64,000 nucleotides of DNA from Escherichia coli (lineage in GTDB: Bacteria; Pseudomonadota; Gammaproteobacteria; Enterobacterales; Enterobacteriaceae): assembly GCF_003334785.1 (NCBI RefSeq), contig NZ_QOWV01000006.1. The stretch is one strand, 5' to 3'. Positions 15,309 to 31,607 of this stretch are shown in pieces. Numbering within the stretch: position 1 is the first letter of the stretch; every line of letters begins with the position of its first letter. The notes under the pieces are model-generated. The model was not told the DNA's origin and searched no databases. It saw only the letters and a program-made list of their open reading frames with translations. A program made the position numbers and the translations under genes.

Positions 15309-15434
15309 TTACTTGTGTTGTACCGAAGCACTCTGTTCAGGTGGCTGATAGTTGTCAATGTGACTCGCCACGCCAAGAAGAATGACTGAAACGACAAGAA
15401 CGATCCAACCTGTTAATTCAATAAGACGATTCAT
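15309..15434 (-). CDS. blr: Small membrane protein Blr (41 aa)
   Basis: MNRLIELTGWIVLVVSVILLGVASHIDNYQPPEQSASVQHK, embedded in the 66-aa track ORF 15309-15509. Confidence 0.75.
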   Translation of the reverse strand: MNRLIELTGWIVLVVSVILLGVASHIDNYQPPEQSASVQHK

Positions 15435-15676
15435 TACAGCCCACATCTCTCTTGATTGATCCATTAACTTCAGGGGGTAAATGTTACTTAGCAATAATAG
15501 CTCCAGCAAGATTTTTACTGAGGTTTTTGCGATATTTAGCTTTTGTCGTTGGAAAATTCGCTATTTTTTTGACTTAAGTTAAACAACATCCCTTATTGCT
15601 GGCAGGTTATTAAACTGTTGAGCGTGGGTAAAGGATAGTGTCAAATAGCCATCATACTTCAATGAGAGGCAATGAC

Positions 15677-16717
15677 ATGAGCGACAACATCCGTGTTGGG
15701 TTGATTGGGTATGGTTATGCGAGCAAAACCTTCCATGCGCCCCTGATTGCGGGCACGCCCGGGCTGGAACTGGCGGTAATCTCCAGCAGTGATGAAACAA
15801 AAGTAAAAGCCGACTGGCCAACGGTTACGGTTGTCTCTGAGCCGAAGCATCTGTTTAACGATCCCAACATAGACCTGATTGTCATTCCTACACCCAACGA
15901 TACCCATTTACCGTTAGCCAAAGCGGCGCTTGAGGCGGGTAAACATGTGGTCGTTGATAAACCCTTTACCGTGACACTGTCACAAGCGCGAGAGCTGGAT
16001 GCGCTGGCAAAAAGCCTGGGGCGTGTGCTGTCTGTATTCCATAACCGTCGCTGGGATAGCGATTTCTTGACGCTAAAAGGTTTACTCGCGGAAGGCGTGC
16101 TGGGTGAAGTTGCTTACTTTGAGTCTCATTTTGACCGCTTCCGTCCGCAGGTGCGCGATCGTTGGCGTGAACAGGGCGGCCCAGGCAGCGGTATCTGGTA
16201 CGATTTAGCACCACATCTTCTTGATCAGGCCATTACGCTTTTTGGTTTACCGGTCAGCATGACGGTAGATTTGGCACAGTTACGGCCCGGAGCGCAGTCG
16301 ACCGATTATTTCCACGCCATCTTGTCCTATCCACAGCGGCGAGTCATTTTACACGGTACCATGCTGGCAGCCGCTGAGTCAGCACGGTATATCGTGCATG
16401 GATCCCGAGGCAGTTATGTGAAATATGGCCTCGATCCACAGGAAGAACGTCTGAAAAATGGCGAGCGTCTACCGCAGGAAGACTGGGGCTACGATATGCG
16501 TGATGGCGTACTTACCCGCGTGGAAGGTGAGGAACGTGTCGAAGAAACGCTGTTGACGGTGCCTGGGAATTATCCGGCTTACTATGCGGCTATTCGTGAT
16601 GCGTTAAATGGCGATGGTGAAAATCCGGTTCCGGCAAGCCAGGCAATCCAGGTAATGGAGTTGATTGAGCTGGGCATCGAATCCGCCAAACATCGCGCGA
16701 CTTTGTGCCTTGCATGA
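15677..16717 (+). CDS. ydgJ: Putative Gfo/Idh/MocA-family oxidoreductase
   Basis: N-terminal Rossmann motif GLIGYGYAS; 346 aa from MSDNIRVG. Confidence 0.9.
   Translation: MSDNIRVGLIGYGYASKTFHAPLIAGTPGLELAVISSSDETKVKADWPTVTVVSEPKHLFNDPNIDLIVIPTPNDTHLPLAKAALEAGKHVVVDKPFTVTLSQARELDALAKSLGRVLSVFHNRRWDSDFLTLKGLLAEGVLGEVAYFESHFDRFRPQVRDRWREQGGPGSGIWYDLAPHLLDQAITLFGLPVSMTVDLAQLRPGAQSTDYFHAILSYPQRRVILHGTMLAAAESARYIVHGSRGSYVKYGLDPQEERLKNGERLPQEDWGYDMRDGVLTRVEGEERVEETLLTVPGNYPAYYAAIRDALNGDGENPVPASQAIQVMELIELGIESAKHRATLCLA
15971..15983. other. matS-consensus site (GTGACACTGTCAC) inside ydgJ
   Basis: Exact match to the MatP-binding consensus GTGAC-RNY-GTCAC; the window lies in the Ter region (TerB and tus are present). 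Confidence 0.55.
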
Positions 16718-16750
16718 AAAATGGATGGTGCATTTGCACCATCCATTTTG

Positions 16751-17752
16751 TTACTTCGCGGCGACTTTTTCTCGCAGTGCGCGTTTTTCCTCAGCGCTGA
16801 GGAAAGCCATTTCCAGACCATTAATCTGTGCCTGGCGGATTTGCTCGCGGGATAACCCAGCAGCTGGCGCGGCAACGGTATATTCGTGAATGATATCCAC
16901 TCCCTGTACGCCGGGATCGTCAGTGTTAATGCTGGCACGAATGCCATGCTCAAGGAACGTTTTCAGCGGATGTGCAGCCAGCTCTGCTACGGTGCTGGTC
17001 TGAATATTGGAGGTCAGACAGGATTCAATACCAATTTGTTGCTCGGCGAGAAAATCCATCAGCGCCCGATCTTCAATGGCTTTTACGCCATGTCCAATAC
17101 GCTCCGCACCCAGTTCACGAATCGCCTGCCAGATGCTTTCCGGCCCGGCAGCTTCGCCTGCATGGACGGTAATATGCCAGCCCGCATCACGCGCGCGGTT
17201 GAAGTGAGAAAGGAACAGACTTCCCGGGAAACCAAGTTCATCACCGGCTAAATCAAGTGCGGTAATCTGGTCACGGTGGGCTAAAAAGGCCTCCAGCTCT
17301 TGCTGACAGGCGGCTTCGCCGAAGGTCCGGCTCATAATGCCGATAAGCTTCGCCTGCACACCAAAGGTGCGGCAACCTTCACGTACGCCATCGATCACCG
17401 CTTCGACAACACCCGCTACAGGCAGCTGATGTGCCATTGCCATGTAGCCTGGTGAAAAACGCAGCTCGACATAGTGCAGGCCGTGACGGGCTGCATCTTC
17501 AATGTTTTCAAATGCCACGCGGCGACAGGCATCAAGAGAGGCGAGAACTTTAACGCCCCAGTCAAGTTTGGTCAGAAAGCTCACCAGATCGGGTTCGTTG
17601 GCAATGACCTGAACGTGGGGAATCAGTGTTTCCAGGGATTGTGCAGGAAGCGAGATATTATACTGGCGGCCAAGTTCAAGAATGGTCTGGGGACGAATGT
17701 TGCCATCAAGGTGGCGATGGATATCAGTTAATGGCAGGGTGGTATCAATCAT
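16751..17752 (-). CDS. add: Adenosine deaminase
   Basis: 333-aa ORF, recognised Add. Confidence 0.95.
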
Positions 17753-17855
17753 GGTCGCACTCTTTTTCTGGATATAAAAGTGCGCACCATTATAAAAACA
17801 AAGCAGGGTAAAAATCCACGATTGCGCAACGATTTTTTACGTTGCGCAATTGGGG

Positions 17856-19028
17856 TTAACGAACAGCGCGGATGGCGTTAATTAATCCAGCCACACCTTT
17901 TTCCAGTTTCGAACGTGGGCAGCCGGCATTGAGACGGACAAAACCACGACCTTCTTCACCGTAGGTATACCCCGGCATGATCGCGACTTTTTCTTGTTCG
18001 ATAAGTGCTTTTTGCAACGCGTTGTCGTCAATATTCAACGGACGTAAATCAAGCCATGCCAGATAAGTGGATTGTGGGATCTGCCAGTTGAGTTCAGGAA
18101 ACGCGGCGTTCATTTTATCTGCGATATACGTCAGGTTATCTTTCAGATAGATGCGTAAGGCATCCAGCCACGGCGCGCCTTGCTGATAGGCGGCGATATG
18201 GGCAGTTAACGCCAGTACCGAAGGGGAAGAAAGCCCATCACGGCCTTTCAGTGCCGATAAATAGGCATCGCGGCTACTGCTATTTTCTATAATCCCGTAA
18301 GCACCGGTCAGGGCGGGAATATTGAAACTTTTCGAGCCCGACGTTAGCAACGCCCAGTCTCCGCGAGCCACATTACTCCAGGGAATATGCGGCTGCTCGC
18401 CCCAAACCATATCCATATGGATTTCATCGGAAATAACCCGCACACCATGACGCTCGCACAGGTCAGCCATGATCTCCAGCTCATCGCACGTCCACACTTT
18501 CCCGGTAGGATTCTGTGGGCTACACAGGAGCATAATTTTACATTCTGGTTTCGCCAACACGGCTTCCAACTTGCCCATATCGCAAAACCAACCATCAGCC
18601 TGCTTCTCTAAAGCAACGGGCATTACTGTGCGCTGGTTACCTTCAATGGCCTTGTAAAATGCGTCATAGGCGGGTGTGTGGATCACCACGCCTTCACCTG
18701 TTTCAGACCACTGACGAATCAGTTCTGAAACCATATAGATGACAGAAGGGCCATACACCACCGTCTGAGAATCGATGGCGGTGTAATGCTGGGTGGAAAA
18801 CCAGTGGGCAATAGCCGCGAGAAACTCATCGTTTTTCCAGCGGCTGTAGCCAAATACGCCGTGCATCAGGCGCTGATTCAGCGCCTCGATAATGCAGGGG
18901 GCAGTGGCAAAATCCATGTCTGAAATCGTGAACGGTAACAGGTCAGCAGTGCCGAAACGGTCAGCGACATAATCCCACTGTGTACACCATGTGCCATGAC
19001 GATCCACGACCTTTGAAAAATCGAACAT
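17856..19028 (-). CDS. malY: PLP-dependent cystathionine beta-lyase / MalT antagonist
   Basis: 390-aa ORF, recognised MalY. Confidence 0.95.
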   Translation of the reverse strand: MFDFSKVVDRHGTWCTQWDYVADRFGTADLLPFTISDMDFATAPCIIEALNQRLMHGVFGYSRWKNDEFLAAIAHWFSTQHYTAIDSQTVVYGPSVIYMVSELIRQWSETGEGVVIHTPAYDAFYKAIEGNQRTVMPVALEKQADGWFCDMGKLEAVLAKPECKIMLLCSPQNPTGKVWTCDELEIMADLCERHGVRVISDEIHMDMVWGEQPHIPWSNVARGDWALLTSGSKSFNIPALTGAYGIIENSSSRDAYLSALKGRDGLSSPSVLALTAHIAAYQQGAPWLDALRIYLKDNLTYIADKMNAAFPELNWQIPQSTYLAWLDLRPLNIDDNALQKALIEQEKVAIMPGYTYGEEGRGFVRLNAGCPRSKLEKGVAGLINAIRAVR

Positions 19029-19037
19029 ATCTTATCC

Positions 19038-21833
<2,796 letters not shown>

Positions 21834-21944
21834 TCCTCTCTTTATCTGCTATACCTGGTAGTGTCCTTTCCTCAAGGTTAATGATAAAAAATGTGGCACA
21901 CAGGCGGTGCCTTTTATTTTTACTGAAGTTCACAGGAGGTTTAT

Positions 21945-22712
21945 GTGTTTAATTCTGACAACCTGAGACTCGACGGAAAATGCGCCATCATCACAGGTGC
22001 GGGTGCAGGTATTGGTAAAGAAATCGCCATTACATTCGCGACAGCTGGCGCATCTGTGGTGGTCAGTGATATTAACGCCGACGCAGCTAACCATGTTGTA
22101 GACGAAATTCAACAACTGGGTGGTCAGGCATTTGCCTGCCGTTGTGATATTACTTCCGAACAGGAACTCTCTGCACTGGCAGACTTTGCTATCAGTAAGC
22201 TGGGTAAAGTTGATATTCTGGTTAACAACGCCGGTGGCGGTGGACCTAAACCGTTTGATATGCCAATGGCGGATTTTCGCCGTGCTTATGAACTGAATGT
22301 GTTTTCTTTTTTCCATCTGTCACAACTTGTTGCGCCAGAAATGGAAAAAAATGGCGGTGGCGTTATTCTGACCATCACTTCTATGGCGGCAGAAAATAAA
22401 AATATAAACATGACTTCCTATGCATCATCTAAAGCTGCGGCCAGTCATCTGGTCAGAAATATGGCGTTTGACCTGGGTGAAAAAAATATTCGGGTAAATG
22501 GCATTGCGCCGGGGGCAATATTAACCGATGCCCTGAAATCCGTTATTACACCAGAAATTGAACAAAAAATGTTACAGCACACGCCGATCAGACGTCTGGG
22601 CCAACCGCAAGATATTGCTAACGCAGCGCTGTTCCTTTGCTCGCCTGCTGCGAGCTGGGTAAGCGGACAAATTCTCACCGTCTCCGGTGGTGGGGTACAG
22701 GAGCTCAATTAA
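21945..22712 (+). CDS. hdhA: 7-alpha-hydroxysteroid dehydrogenase (SDR family)
   Basis: 255-aa ORF with TGAGAGIG Rossmann motif and YxxxK active site; recognised HdhA. Confidence 0.95.
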   Translation: MFNSDNLRLDGKCAIITGAGAGIGKEIAITFATAGASVVVSDINADAANHVVDEIQQLGGQAFACRCDITSEQELSALADFAISKLGKVDILVNNAGGGGPKPFDMPMADFRRAYELNVFSFFHLSQLVAPEMEKNGGGVILTITSMAAENKNINMTSYASSKAAASHLVRNMAFDLGEKNIRVNGIAPGAILTDALKSVITPEIEQKMLQHTPIRRLGQPQDIANAALFLCSPAASWVSGQILTVSGGGVQELN

Positions 22713-22932
22713 TACACTAACGGACCGGTAAACAACCGTGCGTGTTGTTTACCGGGATAAACTCATCAACGTCTCTGCTAAATAACTGGCAGCCAAATCA
22801 CGGCTATTGGTTAACCAATTTCAGAGTGAAAAGTATACGAATAGAGTGTGCCTTCGCACTATTCAACAGCAATGATAGGCGCTCACCTGACAACGCGGTA
22901 AACTAGTTATTCACGCTAACTATAATGGTTTA

Positions 22933-23523
22933 ATGATGGATAACATGCAGACTGAAGCACAACCGACACGGACCCGGATCCTCAATGCTGCCAGAGAGAT
23001 TTTTTCAGAAAATGGATTTCACAGTGCCTCGATGAAAGCCATCTGTAAATCTTGCGCCATTAGTCCCGGGACGCTCTATCACCATTTCATCTCCAAAGAA
23101 GCCTTGATTCAGGCGATTATCTTACAGGACCAGGAGAGGGCGCTGGCCCGTTTCCGGGAACCGATTGAAGGGATTCATTTCGTTGACTATATGGTCGAGT
23201 CCATTGTCTCTCTCACCCATGAAGCCTTTGGACAACGGGCGCTGGTGGTTGAAATTATGGCGGAAGGGATGCGTAACCCACAGGTCGCCGCCATGCTTAA
23301 AAATAAGCATATGACGATCACGGAATTTGTTGCCCAGCGGATGCGTGATGCCCAGCAAAAAGGCGAGATAAGCCCAGACATCAACACGGCAATGACTTCA
23401 CGTTTACTGCTGGATCTGACCTACGGTGTACTGGCCGATATCGAAGCGGAAGACCTGGCGCGTGAAGCGTCGTTTGCTCAGGGATTACGCGCGATGATTG
23501 GCGGTATCTTAACCGCATCCTGA
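22933..23523 (+). CDS. uidR: TetR-family repressor of the uid operon
   Basis: 196-aa ORF, recognised UidR. Confidence 0.93.
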   Translation: MMDNMQTEAQPTRTRILNAAREIFSENGFHSASMKAICKSCAISPGTLYHHFISKEALIQAIILQDQERALARFREPIEGIHFVDYMVESIVSLTHEAFGQRALVVEIMAEGMRNPQVAAMLKNKHMTITEFVAQRMRDAQQKGEISPDINTAMTSRLLLDLTYGVLADIEAEDLAREASFAQGLRAMIGGILTAS

Positions 23524-23681
23524 TTCTCTCTCTTTTTCGGCGGGCTGGTGATAACTGTGCCCGCGTTTCATATCGTAATTTCTCTGTGCAAAAATTATCC
23601 TTCCCGGCTTCGGAGAATTCCCCCCAAAATATTCACTGTAGCCATATGTCATGAGAGTTTATCGTTCCCAATACGCTCGAA

Positions 23682-23691
23682 CGAACGTTCG
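23682..23691. promoter_or_regulatory. Candidate operator palindrome CGAACGTTCG in the uidR-uidA intergenic region
   Basis: Perfect 10-bp palindrome within a CGAACGAACG direct repeat, upstream of uidA. Confidence 0.35.
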
Positions 23692-23837
23692 GTTGCTTAT
23701 TTTATGGCTTCTGTCAACGCTGTTTTAAAGATTAATGCGATCTATATCACGCTGTGGGTATTGCAGTTTTTGGTTTTTTGATCGCGGTGTCAGTTCTTTT
23801 TATTTCCATTTCTCTTCCATGGGTTTCTCACAGATAA

Positions 23838-27095
<3,258 letters not shown>

Positions 27096-27133
27096 TATTC
27101 AATAAAAATAATCAGAACATCAAAGGTGCAACT

Positions 27134-28399
27134 ATGAGAAAAATAGTGGCCATGGCCGTTATTTGCCTGACGGCTGCCTCTGGCCTTACCTCTGCTTATG
27201 CGGCGCAACTGGCTGACGATGAAGCGGGACTACGCATCAGACTGAAAAACGAATTGCGCAGGGCGGATAAGCCCAGTGCTGGCGCGGGAAGAGATATTTA
27301 CGCATGGGTACAGGGAGGATTGCTCGATTTCAATAGTGGTTATTATTCCAATATTATTGGCGTTGAAGGCGGGGCGTATTATGTTTATAAATTAGGTGCT
27401 CGTGCTGATATGAGTACCCGGTGGTATCTTGATGGTGATAAAAGTTTTGGCTTTGCCCTGGGGGCAGTAAAAATAAAACCCAGTGAAAATAGCCTGCTTA
27501 AATTAGGTCGCTTCGGGACGGATTATAGTTATGGTAGCTTACCTTATCGTATTCCGTTAATGGCTGGCAGTTCGCAACGTACATTACCGACAGTTTCTGA
27601 AGGAGCATTAGGTTATTGGGCTTTAACACCAAATATTGATCTGTGGGGAATGTGGCGTTCACGAGTATTTTTATGGACTGATTCAACAACCGGTATTCGT
27701 GATGAAGGGGTGTATAACAGCCAGACGGGAAAATACGATAAACATCGCGCACGTTCTTTTTTAGCCGCCAGTTGGCATGATGATACCAGTCGCTATTCTC
27801 TGGGGGCATCGGTACAGAAAGATGTTTCCAATCAGATACAAAGTATTCTCGAGAAAAGCATACCGCTCGACCCGAATTATACGTTGAAAGGGGAGTTGCT
27901 CGGCTTTTACGCGCAGCTCGAAGGTTTAAGTCGTAATACCAGCCAGCCCAATGAAACGGCGTTGGTTAGTGGACAATTGACCTGGAATGCGCCGTGGGGA
28001 AGTGTATTTGGCAGTGGTGGTTATTTGCGCCATGCAATGAATGGTGCCGTGGTGGATACCGACATTGGCTATCCCTTTTCATTAAGTCTTGATCGTAACC
28101 GTGAAGGAATGCAGTCCTGGCAATTGGGCGTCAACTATCGTTTAACGCCGCAATTTACGCTGACATTTGCACCGATTGTGACTCGCGGCTATGAATCCAG
28201 TAAACGAGATGTGCGGATTGAAGGCACGGGTATCTTAGGTGGTATGAACTATCGGGTCAGCGAAGGGCCGTTACAAGGGATGAATTTCTTTCTTGCTGCC
28301 GATAAAGGGCGGGAAAAGCGCGATGGCAGTACGCTGGGCGATCGCCTGAATTACTGGGATGTGAAAATGAGTATTCAGTATGACTTTATGCTGAAGTAA
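27134..28399 (+). CDS. uidC: Outer membrane beta-barrel protein for glucuronide uptake
   Basis: 421-aa ORF with signal peptide and C-terminal aromatic residue. Confidence 0.9.
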   Translation: MRKIVAMAVICLTAASGLTSAYAAQLADDEAGLRIRLKNELRRADKPSAGAGRDIYAWVQGGLLDFNSGYYSNIIGVEGGAYYVYKLGARADMSTRWYLDGDKSFGFALGAVKIKPSENSLLKLGRFGTDYSYGSLPYRIPLMAGSSQRTLPTVSEGALGYWALTPNIDLWGMWRSRVFLWTDSTTGIRDEGVYNSQTGKYDKHRARSFLAASWHDDTSRYSLGASVQKDVSNQIQSILEKSIPLDPNYTLKGELLGFYAQLEGLSRNTSQPNETALVSGQLTWNAPWGSVFGSGGYLRHAMNGAVVDTDIGYPFSLSLDRNREGMQSWQLGVNYRLTPQFTLTFAPIVTRGYESSKRDVRIEGTGILGGMNYRVSEGPLQGMNFFLAADKGREKRDGSTLGDRLNYWDVKMSIQYDFMLK

Positions 28400-28406
28400 A
28401 AAATAA

Positions 28407-28433
28407 CGCCGGAGAGAAAAATCTCCGGCGTTT
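28407..28433 (+). terminator. Rho-independent terminator after uidC
   Basis: Stem CGCCGGAGA...TCTCCGGCG followed by TTT. Confidence 0.7.
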
Positions 28434-28463
28434 CAGATTGTTGACAAAGTGCGCGTTTTTTAT

Positions 28464-28560
28464 GCCGGATGCGGCGTAAACGCCTTATCCAGCCTACAAA
28501 AACTCATAAATTCAAAGTGTTGCAGGAAAAGGTAGGCCTGATAAGCGTAGCGCATCAGGC
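28464..28560. repeat. REP pair (BIME-like): GCCGGATGCGGCGTAAACGCCTTATCCAGCCTACA and GGTAGGCCTGATAAGCGTAGCGCATCAGGC
   Basis: Two inverted canonical REP-like units in the uidC-ydgA intergenic region. Confidence 0.8.
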
Positions 28561-28580
28561 AATCTCTGGTTTGTTTTCAG

Positions 28581-28611
28581 ATGAAAACGCCGGAGTGAAA
28601 ATTCTCCGGCG
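28581..28611 (-). terminator. Rho-independent terminator after ydgA
   Basis: Stem CGCCGGAGT...TCTCCGGCG with a U-run on the minus strand; near-identical to the uidC terminator hairpin. Confidence 0.6.
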
Positions 28612-28624
28612 TTTTGGCCGTGAA

Positions 28625-30133
28625 TTACTGCTGCGGAATTGCCGGTACAGCCGGAACGTTAAGAGCTGGCATCGCAAACATGCCAACAAAATCTTCTAAC
28701 GACATTTTCTGCCCATTTAACGTTATCTGACCGTTAGCATATTGCAGGCTGGTGGTGATGGTATTGTCCTGCAAGGTGGTCAGACGGAACATCTGCCCCA
28801 TTGCTGATGCACCTTCAACTTGCTGTTTCGCCAGTTTTTTCGCTTGATCTTCCTGATAACCTTCCAGCTTCGCTACCTGAGTCACAAACTCAGTTGCCAT
28901 ATCCACCGGAATGGTCAGTTTCGCATCCAGAGATTTAACCGAACGATCTACTTCCTGCGCCAGCGTTTGCGGCGCTTCTTTAGTCGTTGCCGGATCTTTC
29001 AGGAACAGCGACAGATTCAGGGCACTTTCACCCTGACTGTTTTTCCAGCTTAGCGGCGCGATAGTAATCACCGGATCGCCTTTCAGCATCAGCGGCAGGG
29101 CGCTAAAGAAGGCTTCCGTCACTTTCTCCTGATAAAGTTCGGGGTTGTTGGCAATTTCTGGCTGTGCCAGCAGCGCCTGAGTTTGCGCGTTATATTGCTG
29201 GCTAAACTGATGCCAGGCTTCACCATCAATCTGGCCGACTTTTAAAGTCAGCTTGCCGCTGCCCAGATCCTGATTCTGTACCTTCAGGCTGTTTAGCGAG
29301 TAATCCAGTTGGCTATTGATCGTTTTACCGTCATTGACCAGATCCGATTTACCGCTGATCTCCATGCCTTCCAGCAGTGCCAGTTCTTTGCCTTCCACTG
29401 AAATGGTCATTTTTTCCAGTGACAGTTTTTGATTTCCTACACGCTCACCAAAACTTGCCAGCGTGCTGGAACCGTCGGTTTTCAGATTATTAAAGGTCAA
29501 CTGCACTTTCTGGTTGTATTCGTTAACTGCGTCTATCCGACCACTTTGCGCCTCCCCGGAAAGGGAGATGGCTTTGCCGTCTCTGTCAGCATTTAACTGG
29601 AACTCGCCGCCGCTAAAGGCGACTTTTTCATCCTTTTGCTCGTAATTCAGTGGCTTGAGCGAAATATCGGAACTGGAATCACCGCTGTAACCAATGCGCG
29701 AGTTAATCTCAAAAGGCGTTTCACCTTTTGCCATATCAAACAGTGGTTTGCTTACTTCGTTATTAACCAGCGTGGTTTGAATTGATGCCATCGACGGGAT
29801 CAGGTTCAGTTTTTTAAGCTGGGCAAGCGGGAAGGGACCATGATCAACCGATTCGTTGAAGATGACGCTCTGACCGCTTTTAATCCACGGATTTTCTTTC
29901 CCGGCAATGGGTTTCACCAACAGTTGCAACTGGCTGCTGAATACGCCGCGATGATAGTTTTGATAACTCACTTCCAGGTTGGATTCAGGAGCTGTCAGTT
30001 TGAGTTGCGCGTTCGCCTGCGCGACCATGTCTTCGAGATGGGTTTCAATCTTCTTGCCTGTATACCATGCGCCGCCTGTCCAGACTACGCCTAGCGCAAC
30101 AATGACGCCTACCGCTACCAGCGATTTATTCAT
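28625..30133 (-). CDS. ydgA: DUF945-family periplasmic protein YdgA
   Basis: 502-aa ORF with N-terminal signal/anchor; recognised YdgA. Confidence 0.9.
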   Translation of the reverse strand: MNKSLVAVGVIVALGVVWTGGAWYTGKKIETHLEDMVAQANAQLKLTAPESNLEVSYQNYHRGVFSSQLQLLVKPIAGKENPWIKSGQSVIFNESVDHGPFPLAQLKKLNLIPSMASIQTTLVNNEVSKPLFDMAKGETPFEINSRIGYSGDSSSDISLKPLNYEQKDEKVAFSGGEFQLNADRDGKAISLSGEAQSGRIDAVNEYNQKVQLTFNNLKTDGSSTLASFGERVGNQKLSLEKMTISVEGKELALLEGMEISGKSDLVNDGKTINSQLDYSLNSLKVQNQDLGSGKLTLKVGQIDGEAWHQFSQQYNAQTQALLAQPEIANNPELYQEKVTEAFFSALPLMLKGDPVITIAPLSWKNSQGESALNLSLFLKDPATTKEAPQTLAQEVDRSVKSLDAKLTIPVDMATEFVTQVAKLEGYQEDQAKKLAKQQVEGASAMGQMFRLTTLQDNTITTSLQYANGQITLNGQKMSLEDFVGMFAMPALNVPAVPAIPQQ

Positions 30134-30139
30134 AATGAT

Positions 30140-30176
30140 TATCCATAAAATGAAATCAGGCGGACTGGCCGCCTGA
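30140..30176 (-). terminator. Putative terminator after manA
   Basis: Hairpin TCAGGCGGACTGGCCGCCTGA followed by a T-rich tract on the minus strand. Confidence 0.5.
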
Positions 30177-30233
30177 AGGTGTTATAAGCCTTTAATAAGC
30201 TTAGCAAGAGATGTTAATTTTTTCAGTAAGCTC

Positions 30234-31409
30234 TTACAGCTTGTTGTAAACACGCGCTAAACGGCCGTGGCCTTTGACAGTCACCGGTGATTCGTTGGCG
30301 GCAATAAACGCTGATTCACCCGGTTTAAGCTGTAACTGCTGAGAACCTTTCCACAACGTTGCATCGCCTTCGACGCAGAACAAAATGGCGGCACTCTGCT
30401 GGCTAATGGTGGTTTCTTTATCACTAAGGTCATGCAGCGAGAAGGCAAAATCATCCACTGGAATCGGGAAGTCCAGTTCTGCACCTTGTTTCACCGGCTG
30501 GGTCAACAACTGGTTAGCCGGTTTGGCTTCGAATTTCACATTGGCAACCAGTTCCGGAATATCAATGTATTTAGGCGTCAGACCCGCACGCAGCACGTTA
30601 TCGGAGTTTGCCATCACTTCCAGCGCCACGCCTTGCAGGTAAGCGTGCGGTGTTTCAGCGAACAGGAACATCGCTTCGCCAGGGTTCAATTTCACCACAT
30701 TCAGCAATAGCGGGGAGAACAGACCGCTGTCTTCCGGGTAAAATTCAGAAATTAAACGAATCGTTTGCCACGGTTCACCCTGCTGGCTATCGAGGGCCGA
30801 TTTTAAAATCGCCAGCGCGCGGGATTTTTCTTCACCCTGCATATTCAACAGGCTGGCGAACAGTTCGCTTAAACGTTCGGCATCAGGCTGTTGTAAAAAG
30901 TGAGCAATCGCCGGATGTGCACCTGCGACCGGCTGGAGTAGGGAGACAATCTCGGAAAATTCACGAAACGCGTTCATCGCAAGGAAAGGCGTCAGCGCAA
31001 AAACCAGCTCCGGCTTGTGGTTAGGATCTTTATAGTTACGCTCGGCGGCATCCATCGGGATACCTGCGGCATTTTCTTTGGCAAAACCGATTTCAGAATT
31101 GTGTTTGTTTGGATGAACCTGAATGGAGAGTGGCTGTGCTGCGCATAATACTTTGAACAGGAAAGGCAGTTCGCCAAAGCGTTTGGCAACGGCCTCTCCG
31201 AGCAGAGTCGATTTATCACTCTCAATCACATCACGCAGTGAAACGATATCTCCGGCGGCATTCTGCACTCGTGAACTGCTTTTCGGATGTGCGCCCATCC
31301 ACAGCTCGGCCATCGGCTGGCTGGACGGATTTTCCATACCATAAAGTTCAGTCAACGCCGTTTTGCTGCCCCAGGCATAGTTTTGCACTGAGTTAATGAG
31401 TTTTTGCAT
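30234..31409 (-). CDS. manA: Mannose-6-phosphate isomerase
   Basis: 391 aa from MQKLINSVQNYAWGSK; the track ORF has a 26-codon upstream extension. Confidence 0.95.
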   Translation of the reverse strand: MQKLINSVQNYAWGSKTALTELYGMENPSSQPMAELWMGAHPKSSSRVQNAAGDIVSLRDVIESDKSTLLGEAVAKRFGELPFLFKVLCAAQPLSIQVHPNKHNSEIGFAKENAAGIPMDAAERNYKDPNHKPELVFALTPFLAMNAFREFSEIVSLLQPVAGAHPAIAHFLQQPDAERLSELFASLLNMQGEEKSRALAILKSALDSQQGEPWQTIRLISEFYPEDSGLFSPLLLNVVKLNPGEAMFLFAETPHAYLQGVALEVMANSDNVLRAGLTPKYIDIPELVANVKFEAKPANQLLTQPVKQGAELDFPIPVDDFAFSLHDLSDKETTISQQSAAILFCVEGDATLWKGSQQLQLKPGESAFIAANESPVTVKGHGRLARVYNKL

Positions 31410-31607
31410 GATCAATCCCTGTTTTAATGTGGAAATTAATCCCACTATTAAAGCAAGAATCCTACGGGAAGTAACCTGGAGCCGCAAAAAGTCGTACTAG
31501 TCTCAGTTTTTGTTAAAAAAGTGTGTAGGATATTGTTACTCGCTTTTAACAGGGCAACGGAACACCCGCCCAGAGCATAACCAAACCAGGCAGTAAGTGA
31601 GAGAACA

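Noticed and set aside
28469-28699. 76-aa plus-strand ORF in the uidC-ydgA spacer
   Set aside because: Spans the REP units and the ydgA terminator hairpin; its open frame is a by-product of the palindromic repeats.
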